Below, piece after piece: positions 19,188-27,787 of a DNA stretch of 64,000 bases. Where the stretch lies: assembly GCA_963675785.1 (NCBI GenBank), contig OY776562.1, forward strand, positions 896,001-960,000, given 5' to 3'. Source of the DNA: Anaerolineae bacterium (GTDB lineage: Bacteria; Chloroflexota; Anaerolineae; UBA1429). Under the pieces are notes generated by a model. The model saw only the letters and a program-made list of their open reading frames with translations, searched no databases and was not told where the DNA came from. The stretch's first letter is position 1, and each line of letters begins with the position of its first letter. A program made the position numbers and the translations under genes.

Positions 19188-21107
19188 TTATCTGGCGATA
19201 GCTTTCCAGGCTCCTCGGATGAGGCCGATGAGCAGCCCGATGACGCTGGTTATTGAATAGGCTGCCACAACGAGCCCAATCCAGGCAGCCGGAGGTGAGG
19301 CACCGGCAACGAGGATGCGCTCCAGATGAGCGATGAGCGGTTCTGCGGCCAGGGTAATGCCAAACAGCGATAGTACTTGATCGGCCTGGGTGGGTAGCAT
19401 ATAAGCGCCGTATAAAAGCAACCCAGAGAGTACAATCCAAAGAATGGCAACCAGCCAAGGGCGGTTATCAAAAGGCTTGTGCACCCTGGCAATGGCGGTT
19501 GTGATCGCTTTTTGGCCCGTGCGCATGGTCGACCAGGCACCGGGCACAGCGCCAGAGATGAGGCGTTTGAGCAGGCGCAAGGCTTCTCGCCAGAGGCTTA
19601 CCGTTGCCGTAACTGGCACCCGAACGGGATCGCGATCATCAGTCTCGATGATGACATTGCCTATCTGTTCTTTGCGAAAGGGCAAGTCTTCGGCATGAAC
19701 GTGTGCGGTGATGTTGGTGGGGATCCCCTTCCAAATGTGAAGCGTTGCTGGCTGCACCTCAAGCCAGGGCACATCAGCACTGAGCCGAGCAACAGTATAG
19801 CCTCGGGTGGCATTATGCAGGGTAGTATGGCGAATCAGTGCCGATTCGCGTGCAACTTTGCCCAACTCGATTTTCTCTGGGCGAGCGAGGATACGCGGCG
19901 TGGTCAAACCCATATCTACCCGGCGCAGGAATTGCTCCAAGCCAGCATCATGGTTCTTTTCCGAAGTGATGATCTCATCGCCGGCGATGACCAGGTCGAG
20001 ACGGTTGATATCGCGCAGCCAGCGCTGCAGGTCGCCTTTGTAAAGGAACGACTTGGCAGCATCCCAATGATCGTCGCAGAGGGAAGGCAGTGCCGAGACA
20101 CTGCGTATTTGCGTGCCGCCGGGAAAGGTAAAGGATTGCAGCTGGCGTTGAGGCATGGTCAGCGCTTCGAGCGCTTCACGCAGTTCTCGCACGGTGCTGC
20201 GCCGCGTTGGATCGGTGCGCAGGGCACGCTGCAGGGCCACAGAAAGTTCACGCGGCAACTGAGACAGGCGTGGCCACTTGAAAGGGTGATTGGTCGGATC
20301 GTCATCGGTAAGTAGATGGTAAGCAGTAGCGGCCAGGCCAAAGACATCCGAGGCGGCTTGCGGCATAGAGCGGTATTGTTCTGGTGCAGCATAGCCGCTG
20401 GTGCCATAGTTGTCTTCGCTGCCGTTGGCGGGTGTTGCAGCGTTGGCAGCTGCATCGGCTGTATGAGCCAGACGGGCTTTGGTAGCGCTTACTTTGGCGG
20501 TGCCAAAGTCTACCAGGCGGGAAAAGCCAAGCTGCTGTTCGACAATGATGTTGGCAGGTTTTACGTCGCCGTGGATGACCGGACGAGGACGCGAATGCAG
20601 GTATTCGAGAATCTGGCAGACCTCGATGATATAGCGAAGCGCTTCCTCCATGGGCAAGGATTGCGCCAGTACATGTTGTCCTTGTGAATCGGCATGGGTT
20701 ACAAAAGATTCCAGGGTTTCGCCCTGAATGTACTCCATGACAAGATAGTAACGGCCATCTTCTTGGAAAAAGGTATAGATTTCGGGGATGCCAGGATGGG
20801 CCAGGCCGGCCAGGGTTCGTCCCTCTTCTTCAAAACGTTCACGCGCCGCCTCCTTTTCCTCAAGGTCGGCAGCGTCATAATATTCGAGCATCTGCTTGAT
20901 GACGCAAAGCCGCTCAAAAGCCCGTTGATCTCGGGCAAGATAAACTGCACCCATGCCGCCGCGGGTAAGGCTGCGAACAATGACATAACTACCGTTTTGC
21001 AGCGCAGACCCCGAAGGGAGCCGCGCATCGAGGCGGCTCCCGCAGACTGGGCAAAATCTGGCCTCCGGACGTGCCGGTTGGCTGCAAACAGGGCAAAGAC
21101 GCGTCAC
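19188..21107 (-). CDS. Ser/Thr protein kinase: Zn ribbon - kinase - helical linker - Ig/BACON-like domain - C-terminal TM helices
   Basis: CPVC..CPVC, GGMGAVY, VIKQM, HGDVKPAN, DFG and GYAAPEQ. VPWLEVQP marks a BACON-like segment. The C-terminus is hydrophobic. Confidence 0.9.
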   Translation of the reverse strand: MTRLCPVCSQPARPEARFCPVCGSRLDARLPSGSALQNGSYVIVRSLTRGGMGAVYLARDQRAFERLCVIKQMLEYYDAADLEEKEAARERFEEEGRTLAGLAHPGIPEIYTFFQEDGRYYLVMEYIQGETLESFVTHADSQGQHVLAQSLPMEEALRYIIEVCQILEYLHSRPRPVIHGDVKPANIIVEQQLGFSRLVDFGTAKVSATKARLAHTADAAANAATPANGSEDNYGTSGYAAPEQYRSMPQAASDVFGLAATAYHLLTDDDPTNHPFKWPRLSQLPRELSVALQRALRTDPTRRSTVRELREALEALTMPQRQLQSFTFPGGTQIRSVSALPSLCDDHWDAAKSFLYKGDLQRWLRDINRLDLVIAGDEIITSEKNHDAGLEQFLRRVDMGLTTPRILARPEKIELGKVARESALIRHTTLHNATRGYTVARLSADVPWLEVQPATLHIWKGIPTNITAHVHAEDLPFRKEQIGNVIIETDDRDPVRVPVTATVSLWREALRLLKRLISGAVPGAWSTMRTGQKAITTAIARVHKPFDNRPWLVAILWIVLSGLLLYGAYMLPTQADQVLSLFGITLAAEPLIAHLERILVAGASPPAAWIGLVVAAYSITSVIGLLIGLIRGAWKAIAR

Positions 21108-22099
21108 TAGTTTATCCTAAAGATGAATTTGACCCGGCCAGCCTGGATCTCGTCACCATCCTGCAGAGGCATACGCACGCCGGGCTGCAGCCTGGTCTGA
21201 TTGACGATGGTCAGGTTGGTGCTGTTCAGGTCCTCGATGGTGTACTGGTTGCCGATACCGTTGATTTTAAAGTGTCGGCGGGAAACGCCGCCATCTTCTC
21301 CGCCGTGCGGGGTCAGGTCGATATCGGGATAGATGCCGCTATAAGGGTCCTCACGGCCCACAACTGTCTCTGAACCAGCGGCAAGTGGCAGCTCTGTATT
21401 GTTGGCAACGACTACCAGCCGTGCGCTGCTCACTGTGGGAGCGGCGGTTAAGGGCTCGGCAAAGGCTTCTTGCGGTGCGCCAATGACGGCAGCACCACAG
21501 AACGGGCAAAAGGCCTGACCTTCAGGAACCTGGGCACCACAGGCTGCACAAATGGGGCTGGGTTGCGCTACAGCATCTACTGGCTCAACAGCCTGAATTG
21601 GTGCAGGCGCGGGAATCGGTTTGGTGGCTGGGGCAGCGGGTTGAGCGATCGTTGCGCCACCTGCAAGTTGTGCGCCGCAGGCATAGCAGAATTCGTCTTT
21701 GGGATTGGCTGCCGCACCACAGAACGGACACTGACCTTTTGATGCAGTTGCGACTGTTACAGGTTCAGGTGTCGCAACAGGTTCAGGTGCTGCGACAGGC
21801 TCGGGGGTTGGGGCAGCCAACCGAGAGCCGCACTCTGAACAAAACATCTCGCCAGGTGTTACAGATGCGCCGCACGAGGGACAGAGGTCAGCCTGAGACT
21901 GCATTGGTTGTGGCATGGGCATAGGTTGTGGCGCTGCCGGTGGTGCCACTGGCGGTGTCACCGCAGGGGCGGCAGGTATTGGCGCGACTGCAGCAGGTTG
22001 AGCTGCCGGTGCCTGTTGTTCCGAAAGGCGTGCGCCGCACTGATCGCAAAAAACTGCATCATCTGGAGACTTGTTTCCGCAGCGACTGCAGATAATCAT
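21107..22099 (-). CDS. Four-zinc-ribbon + FHA domain protein
   Basis: Four CxxC..CxxC units separated by Pro/Ala linkers. FHA motifs VGRED, VSRRH and DLNSTN. Confidence 0.9.
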   Translation of the reverse strand: MIICSRCGNKSPDDAVFCDQCGARLSEQQAPAAQPAAVAPIPAAPAVTPPVAPPAAPQPMPMPQPMQSQADLCPSCGASVTPGEMFCSECGSRLAAPTPEPVAAPEPVATPEPVTVATASKGQCPFCGAAANPKDEFCYACGAQLAGGATIAQPAAPATKPIPAPAPIQAVEPVDAVAQPSPICAACGAQVPEGQAFCPFCGAAVIGAPQEAFAEPLTAAPTVSSARLVVVANNTELPLAAGSETVVGREDPYSGIYPDIDLTPHGGEDGGVSRRHFKINGIGNQYTIEDLNSTNLTIVNQTRLQPGVRMPLQDGDEIQAGRVKFIFRIN

Positions 22100-22116
22100 G
22101 GTGAGCTCCTTGTGTT

Positions 22117-23388
22117 CTATTCGTCTTCCAGGGGAAGATCAACGAGTTTTTGAGTCAACTTGCGCGTTTCGTAACGAAGCCGCTTGGTGCCGCCCTGAGA
22201 CATCTGGCCGCTCTGTTCGAGATTATCGGCCTCCTGACTGGCAGCCTGGGCCAGGTCATCTTCGCCGAGTTCGAGCAGACGTGTAGCTGCGGCACGTAGT
22301 TTCATGGTGGCGCCAGCCACGTTGCCCAGTTTGGCTTCTTCAAGCGCCCGCGTTTGCAGGCGGTAGACAGTAACCTTTTCTACAATATTCATGATGCGCG
22401 AATCGTATTGACTCGTCAATGCCGGGTTACCGGTGTATTCGATGACGATATCATTGCGCACAGATTCACCTGTGCGCTGCTGAAGCGGCGCATCATAGGT
22501 GATCTCGCCTTGGGCGACGCGATAACGCCCTTCGGGGCGGGCGGGCAGCAGCAACTCAATGAGCACCGACTTGCCATCTTCGGCATCCAGATCGCCAAGC
22601 TGTACTTGCACGTCATGTTCGCCAAGGGGTGTATAGCCCAGGTTTGAGATGACGGGTGTGACCTGCCAGACCTGGCGGGGCACTACGCCCGATACGAGTC
22701 GCAGAGTCATGTAGGCATTGCGCATTACGGCCTTTTGCGAGCGTTCGACGGTCTGCGTAAAGAAAGGAACGATGTCATCGGCGGTCGAAACCATGTCTGA
22801 GCTGCCTCCGCTGAGGCGGCCGATCTCGTCCAGCAGGTTTTCGTTCCACTGTTCACCCAGGCCAAGTGCCTGAATTTGAATGCGGTGCTCGCCAGCCTCT
22901 TTTGCCAGACGCAAACACTGCGCCTCATCGCCATAGGTTTGGCCGTCGGTCATCAGCAACACCTGATTAGAGCGCGTCTCATCCCACTGGCGGTACACTT
23001 GGCGCAGCCCAAGTGACAAGCCGCGGGACATTTGTGTGCCACCACCGGCTCGCAGTTCGCGAATGGTGTTGTTTAGGGCACTCTGCCGCTGCAATGGTGA
23101 GTTGGAGGCTACGACTTTGGCTGCGTCGTTAAAGATGGTGACCGAAACGAGATCTTCGGGGGCCATCTTGGAGACAGCCATTAGCATAGCCTCTTTGAGG
23201 CGGTCGATCTTGGCGCCGCGCATCGAGCCGCTATGATCCAGCACAAAGCCAAAGTTTAGCGGCATGCGCTTTTGGGCAATCACCTGTGTGGGGCGCGCCT
23301 CAACCAGGACATAGACGAGCTGCTGTGTGCTCGAAACCGGGATATGCAATTTGTTTAGTGAAATGCCGAGTTCCAGTTCTCCGGACAT
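22117..23388 (-). CDS. von Willebrand A (vWA) domain protein (YfbK-like)
   Basis: MIDAS motif VLDHSGSM, GGTQM and LMTDG, followed by Ig-like and helical C-terminal extensions. Confidence 0.9.
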   Translation of the reverse strand: MSGELELGISLNKLHIPVSSTQQLVYVLVEARPTQVIAQKRMPLNFGFVLDHSGSMRGAKIDRLKEAMLMAVSKMAPEDLVSVTIFNDAAKVVASNSPLQRQSALNNTIRELRAGGGTQMSRGLSLGLRQVYRQWDETRSNQVLLMTDGQTYGDEAQCLRLAKEAGEHRIQIQALGLGEQWNENLLDEIGRLSGGSSDMVSTADDIVPFFTQTVERSQKAVMRNAYMTLRLVSGVVPRQVWQVTPVISNLGYTPLGEHDVQVQLGDLDAEDGKSVLIELLLPARPEGRYRVAQGEITYDAPLQQRTGESVRNDIVIEYTGNPALTSQYDSRIMNIVEKVTVYRLQTRALEEAKLGNVAGATMKLRAAATRLLELGEDDLAQAASQEADNLEQSGQMSQGGTKRLRYETRKLTQKLVDLPLEDE

Positions 23389-23412
23389 TGCGATCTCCTT
23401 ACAAAATAGGTG

Positions 23413-24732
23413 CTAGGCTCTGGAAAGACGCACCACAATAACCGATATATTGTCTTCTCCACCGGCGAGGTTGGCCAGACGGATTAGTTCGTTGGCGGCT
23501 CGCGTAGGATCCATCTCTGTCAGCATGATGCGCTCAATGCCATCATCGCGAACCATCTCCCACAAGCCATCAGAACAGAGAATTAACCGATCTCCATCTT
23601 GCAGAATTTGCTCAAAGGTATCGGGCTTGATGTTGGGCCCATCGCCAATGCTCTGGTAGATCAGATTGCGTTGCGGATGGGAATAGGCATCTTCGCGGCT
23701 GATTTGCTTGGCATCGATGAGCTGCTGAACCAACGAGTGGTCGTGAGAAATCTGGCGCAGCCCCGATGCGTTCCACAGATAGGTACGGCTGTCGCCGACA
23801 TTCGCCACAAAAGCTCGCGAGTTGGAGATGAGCGCCATGGTGACTGTGGTGCTCATGGATGATCCGGCTTCAGTACGTTCGCTCAACACGGCATCGTTTG
23901 CCGCGATGACGCTCTCGGACAAAGATTTTTCAAGTTGTTCGTTGTCCAGCGTTTGTCCGGCCAGCAGCGGCTCCCATACGGCCTGGCGCATCGACTTCCA
24001 GATCGTCGTTGTGGTCAGTTTGCTGGCCACTTCTCCCGAATCCTGGCCGCCGAGGCCATCGGCTACGATGAAAAGGCCCAGACTGGCGCCGGCAGAGTCC
24101 GTGTAAAGGTGCCCCTCGACATAATCCTCATTGTGGTCGCGTGTGATGCCCTTGTCTGTAGCCCAACCCCAGGTGATCTTGAGCGGAAGCAGTTCATTGA
24201 TCTGCTCTTGCTCAACTCGCTCGATTTGATCAAGGGTCAAATAGTATTCGCGGTTGCCCACAGTAAAGGACAGATCAAAGCTATCGGGGGTGGAGGGCAC
24301 TTTTTCGACAAGGGTGGCATAGACCGGCTCGTTGAGATCCGCGCCGCAATCCAGGCAAAAGCGGTCGCCGCGCGTATTATCATCATAGCCGCAGTGCGGG
24401 CATCGGCACCAGTCGCGCACGCGATACGTGTTGAGGTTGTTCGTCTGCTCGATCACTTCTAACACTTCAAAGCGTTCGCCCAGCATATTGCCAGGTTCTA
24501 ATGACGCAGTCTGCGCCTCGGAGGTTAAAGGCACCTCGGGGCTTTCCTGAGCCTCTTGGCTTTTCGTTTCTATGGCTTGTGGGTTGTCTTTGCTGGCATC
24601 AGGTTCAGGTGATGCTGGCAAGGGTGAGCCGCAGAATGCGCAAAATGCTGCACTCTGGCGATTCTCACTCTGGCAGGCTGGACACTTCATGCTGGCCTCT
24701 TTTCTATTTCGGGCAAAAAGCCGAGTTATCAT
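23413..24732 (-). CDS. PP2C (Stp1/PrpC-type) Ser/Thr phosphatase with two zinc ribbons
   Basis: CPAC..CAFC and CPHC..CLDC. Phosphatase motifs RDHNED, VADGLGG, VGDSR, CSDGL and GGEDNIS. Confidence 0.92.
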   Translation of the reverse strand: MITRLFARNRKEASMKCPACQSENRQSAAFCAFCGSPLPASPEPDASKDNPQAIETKSQEAQESPEVPLTSEAQTASLEPGNMLGERFEVLEVIEQTNNLNTYRVRDWCRCPHCGYDDNTRGDRFCLDCGADLNEPVYATLVEKVPSTPDSFDLSFTVGNREYYLTLDQIERVEQEQINELLPLKITWGWATDKGITRDHNEDYVEGHLYTDSAGASLGLFIVADGLGGQDSGEVASKLTTTTIWKSMRQAVWEPLLAGQTLDNEQLEKSLSESVIAANDAVLSERTEAGSSMSTTVTMALISNSRAFVANVGDSRTYLWNASGLRQISHDHSLVQQLIDAKQISREDAYSHPQRNLIYQSIGDGPNIKPDTFEQILQDGDRLILCSDGLWEMVRDDGIERIMLTEMDPTRAANELIRLANLAGGEDNISVIVVRLSRA

Positions 24733-26135
24733 CTTGTTTCAAACACCACGAGCACGCGGCCCATACGGACGCGATCGCCCGATTGCAGGGGGTAGGGTTG
24801 CCGCGGCTCTAGTTTTTTTCCGTTTATATAGGTGCCATTTGTATCTGGTAGGGCAATCAAGTAATAACGATCATTGTATACGATTCGACAGTGATTACGC
24901 GATATATAACCATGCGGATCATGGGTACCCAGGTCAATATCGACGGGCAGATCACCGCCGCGCCGACCGACAAGGGTGAACTTGTCTTGAAGCGGGTATT
25001 CGCGAGCCATGGTGCCAGTAGCTTCGGTCTGCAAGATGCGAAGCAAGCCCCGTACTCGCTCAGCCAACACCCGTCCGCAGTTCATACAATACTGCGCGTT
25101 TGCACGATTGGCTGCCCTGCATACTGGACAAAGGATCATTTGTATCGGTTTGGCCAATCCTGGCTCGGTCACTGTATTGGGTGCAGCAGGTGGGATTGTT
25201 GCTGTGGGTTCAGGTATAAACTGGCCCATCCGTCTGGCCTGGGCCTGCACTGTCCGCGTTCGCCGCTCGCAACGCTGTCTCTCAATCCAGGGAAGACAGG
25301 CGAGCAGGTCGGCTCGCATAGCCTGTGCCGATTGATAGCGGTGGGCTCGCTGCGGCTCCATGGCCTTTTCGATGACGCTGGCCATCTCTTCGGAGATGGC
25401 TGGATTGTAGGTGCGGGCGGGCACAGGGGTTTCGGGCACAAAAGCTGGCAATGGTGCTATGTTAGCCAGTAAATGGTACAATGTGGCCCCCAGGCTGTAA
25501 ATATCTGCACGAGGATCGGTCTGAGTTTTACCCCATTGCTCAGGGGCGGCATAGTTTTCCGAGCCCATGGTTACCGTATCCTGGCGTTTGCCCGCTTTGT
25601 AGGTTCGGGCAATGCCAAAATCGATGAGTTTGACGATGCCTTGCGGGGTTACCATGATGTTGCTCGGCTTGAGATCTCGAAAGATGACCGGTTGTGATCG
25701 TGTGTGCAAGTACTCGAGTACATCGCACACCTGAACGGCCCAATCGATGACGGTGTCTTCCAAGAGAGGGGCCTGGGCTTTTTCCAGGCTCTTTTGCAAG
25801 GATTCGCCAGTTACAAATTCCATGACCAAGTAGCTGCGTCCCCGCTCTTGAAAATAGGCGGCTACGCGCGGCAGGTTGGGATGGGCGAGCCGCACCAGGA
25901 TGTTGGCCTCTTGCTCAAAGAGATCCTGGGCTTCGTCTACCTGATTCTGCGTGCCGTCTTGGGCGCGCAACTCTTTGAGTGCCCAGATATGCGAATTGCC
26001 ATCGGGCAGTACTTCACGAATTTGGTAGATCCAGGCCATACCGCCGCCAGCAACGAGCCGCATGATGCGGTACTTTTCTCGGAGCAGCGTGCCTTCTGTG
26101 AGTGGCCCTGTGGTACCGGAATGTATGGCTGCCAT
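24729..26135 (-). CDS. Ser/Thr protein kinase - Zn ribbon - FHA
   Basis: GGGMAWIY, ALKEL, FRDLKPSN, DFG and YAAPEQ. Then CPVC..CMNC, and FHA motifs VGR, ISRNH and TNGT. Confidence 0.92.
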   Translation of the reverse strand: MAAIHSGTTGPLTEGTLLREKYRIMRLVAGGGMAWIYQIREVLPDGNSHIWALKELRAQDGTQNQVDEAQDLFEQEANILVRLAHPNLPRVAAYFQERGRSYLVMEFVTGESLQKSLEKAQAPLLEDTVIDWAVQVCDVLEYLHTRSQPVIFRDLKPSNIMVTPQGIVKLIDFGIARTYKAGKRQDTVTMGSENYAAPEQWGKTQTDPRADIYSLGATLYHLLANIAPLPAFVPETPVPARTYNPAISEEMASVIEKAMEPQRAHRYQSAQAMRADLLACLPWIERQRCERRTRTVQAQARRMGQFIPEPTATIPPAAPNTVTEPGLAKPIQMILCPVCRAANRANAQYCMNCGRVLAERVRGLLRILQTEATGTMAREYPLQDKFTLVGRRGGDLPVDIDLGTHDPHGYISRNHCRIVYNDRYYLIALPDTNGTYINGKKLEPRQPYPLQSGDRVRMGRVLVVFETR

Positions 26136-26263
26136 GCACTTCTCTTGCTGTTTTCCTCGAATCAGTAATCACTTTACGTATTCGCTGCGCCCGGGGTTGC
26201 AGCATTCGCAAATTTGAAGCATTCTATTGGCACGTAAATTCGCGTCGTGGAGGGAATGCGCAA

Positions 26264-26758
26264 ATGAGCTACTGGGATAGCGCACTGCGGCTAATCGTTG
26301 CAGCATTATTGGGCGGAATTATTGGCTATGAACGTGAGACAGCTGGAAAACCTGCGGGGCTTCGTACGCAGTTGCTGGTGTCCATGGCTTCGGCGCTCTA
26401 TGTGGTTTCTTCTCAATATGCTGCTGAGATGGCTGGAGAGATGCTTGATCCGGTACGGGCTATGACCGGTGTGGCCGGGGGCGTAGGGTTTCTGGGTGGC
26501 GGTGTCATTCTCAAAGCGCGTCGTGAGATCCATTGGCTCACCACAGCAGCTGCATTATGGGCATCTGCTGCTGTAGGAATGTGTGCCGGTTTTGGCTTGT
26601 ACGCTCTTGGTGCTACAGCCACGGTTTTGATCTTTGTTACGCTGCACTGGTTGCCGGCTCTTAGCGATTATCTGGGCGCACATCCCGAACCTCGCGTGCC
26701 CAAGGACAAGAAAAAGAACGGCGCTAGTCCTCGTCCTCCGGATCCAGATAAGAGTTGA
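26264..26758 (+). CDS. MgtC/SapB-family membrane protein
   Basis: Motifs GGIIGYERE, AGLRT, GVGFLGGG and LTTAAALW. GGAGG precedes ATG 26264. Confidence 0.9.
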   Translation: MSYWDSALRLIVAALLGGIIGYERETAGKPAGLRTQLLVSMASALYVVSSQYAAEMAGEMLDPVRAMTGVAGGVGFLGGGVILKARREIHWLTTAAALWASAAVGMCAGFGLYALGATATVLIFVTLHWLPALSDYLGAHPEPRVPKDKKKNGASPRPPDPDKS

Positions 26759-27611
26759 GCCGGGCATAAAGCCGGCTTGCATCATCCTGTAGCATGGGCT
26801 TTTGTGTGGCGGAAAACCGCTGCATGCAGGCCTTGTGGATTGCAGTGCCAGCCAGCCGAACTATATCAATGGCGCGTAGCGTGTATTCGTCGTCGAGTTC
26901 TCGCTTGTCCCCGATTTCATAACCCATTTTGGGGGCGGTGCTGATGTACTGACGATTGATGATGCCGCCATTGTGCACCAGAATGTTGCGAGTCGCGTAG
27001 AGCTCGTTGATATCCGCCTTGGAATACCCTTTGCCTGTAAAGGTAATATTTAGGGTTTTCTGCAGGAATTTGATCTTGTTTTGGATGGAACGAAATGCCA
27101 GGTCGTCCATCTGGCGGTCGACAAGGCTGATGATGAGCTCATCGAGGTTTGCGCGGTATTCGGCTGGTTCTCGCTGAGCTTCCTGTTCGGTTTCATTCAC
27201 TTCTGTAATGATGGACATCATGACACTGCGCGCTATATCGACGAGATAGGCCTCAAAAAGAGTGGTGACATAAATCAGGATCATGTTGTTGCCAATGTGG
27301 GTGTAATTGTGCTCGATCTCCATGCCCATTCGTGCTGTACGCACCAGGTTCTGCGCCTCTGTTACCGAGAGTTCGATGGGCGTGTCTACATCTTCTACCT
27401 GGATGACAATCTGACTATCGACGTTTTCCTGGATGATCTGTTCTATCTTACTGATGGCCTCGTCTGAAAGCCGCGATTCCTGGATCAATTCTTCAGAGAC
27501 TCGATTGGTAAGGCCATGAAAGCGCTCGAGTTGCATGCAGCCCACAACGAGTTCTTCCAAGCGGCTGTTCAGTTCATCTGCCAGTGAATAGAGCCTGGCT
27601 TCTCTTTCCAT
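26724..27611 (-). CDS. Hypothetical protein with HEPN-like RxxxxH motif
   Basis: 295 aa, helical-looking. IYVTTLFEAYL and ELYATRNILVHNGG match HEPN helix-1 Glu and the Rx4H motif. Confidence 0.55.
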   Translation of the reverse strand: MEREARLYSLADELNSRLEELVVGCMQLERFHGLTNRVSEELIQESRLSDEAISKIEQIIQENVDSQIVIQVEDVDTPIELSVTEAQNLVRTARMGMEIEHNYTHIGNNMILIYVTTLFEAYLVDIARSVMMSIITEVNETEQEAQREPAEYRANLDELIISLVDRQMDDLAFRSIQNKIKFLQKTLNITFTGKGYSKADINELYATRNILVHNGGIINRQYISTAPKMGYEIGDKRELDDEYTLRAIDIVRLAGTAIHKACMQRFSATQKPMLQDDASRLYARLNSYLDPEDED

Positions 27612-27737
27612 ACGTTATTTCCTTTATGTGCTGGGGTGAATGATTTGTCTCCAACACAGTATCTATTTTACAAGTGGGAACTACTCGAAACTAGAGTATA
27701 CCACGATCTTGATTCAGCAGAGTAAACGGTAAAACAA

Positions 27738-27765
27738 GGGAGGGGGCGCTTAGGCGCCCCCTCCC
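27738..27765 (-). terminator. Terminator of solute-binding protein copy 1
   Basis: Stem gggagggggcgc/gcgccccctccc, with an A-run on the + strand (T-run on the - strand). Confidence 0.8.
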
Positions 27766-27787
27766 ATTTGTTGCGACCAGAATCGGT

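Noticed and set aside
21580-22020. Short repeats in the FHA gene (e.g. gcgacaggttcaggt-like units)
   Set aside because: They are explained by Pro/Ala/Thr low-complexity linkers (TPEPVA).
22117-24732. Calling the cluster a canonical TerY-P defence triad
   Set aside because: The vWA is about 420 aa and YfbK-like, the PP2C is Stp1-like, and there are two kinases plus FHA proteins. The logic is related but the architecture differs.
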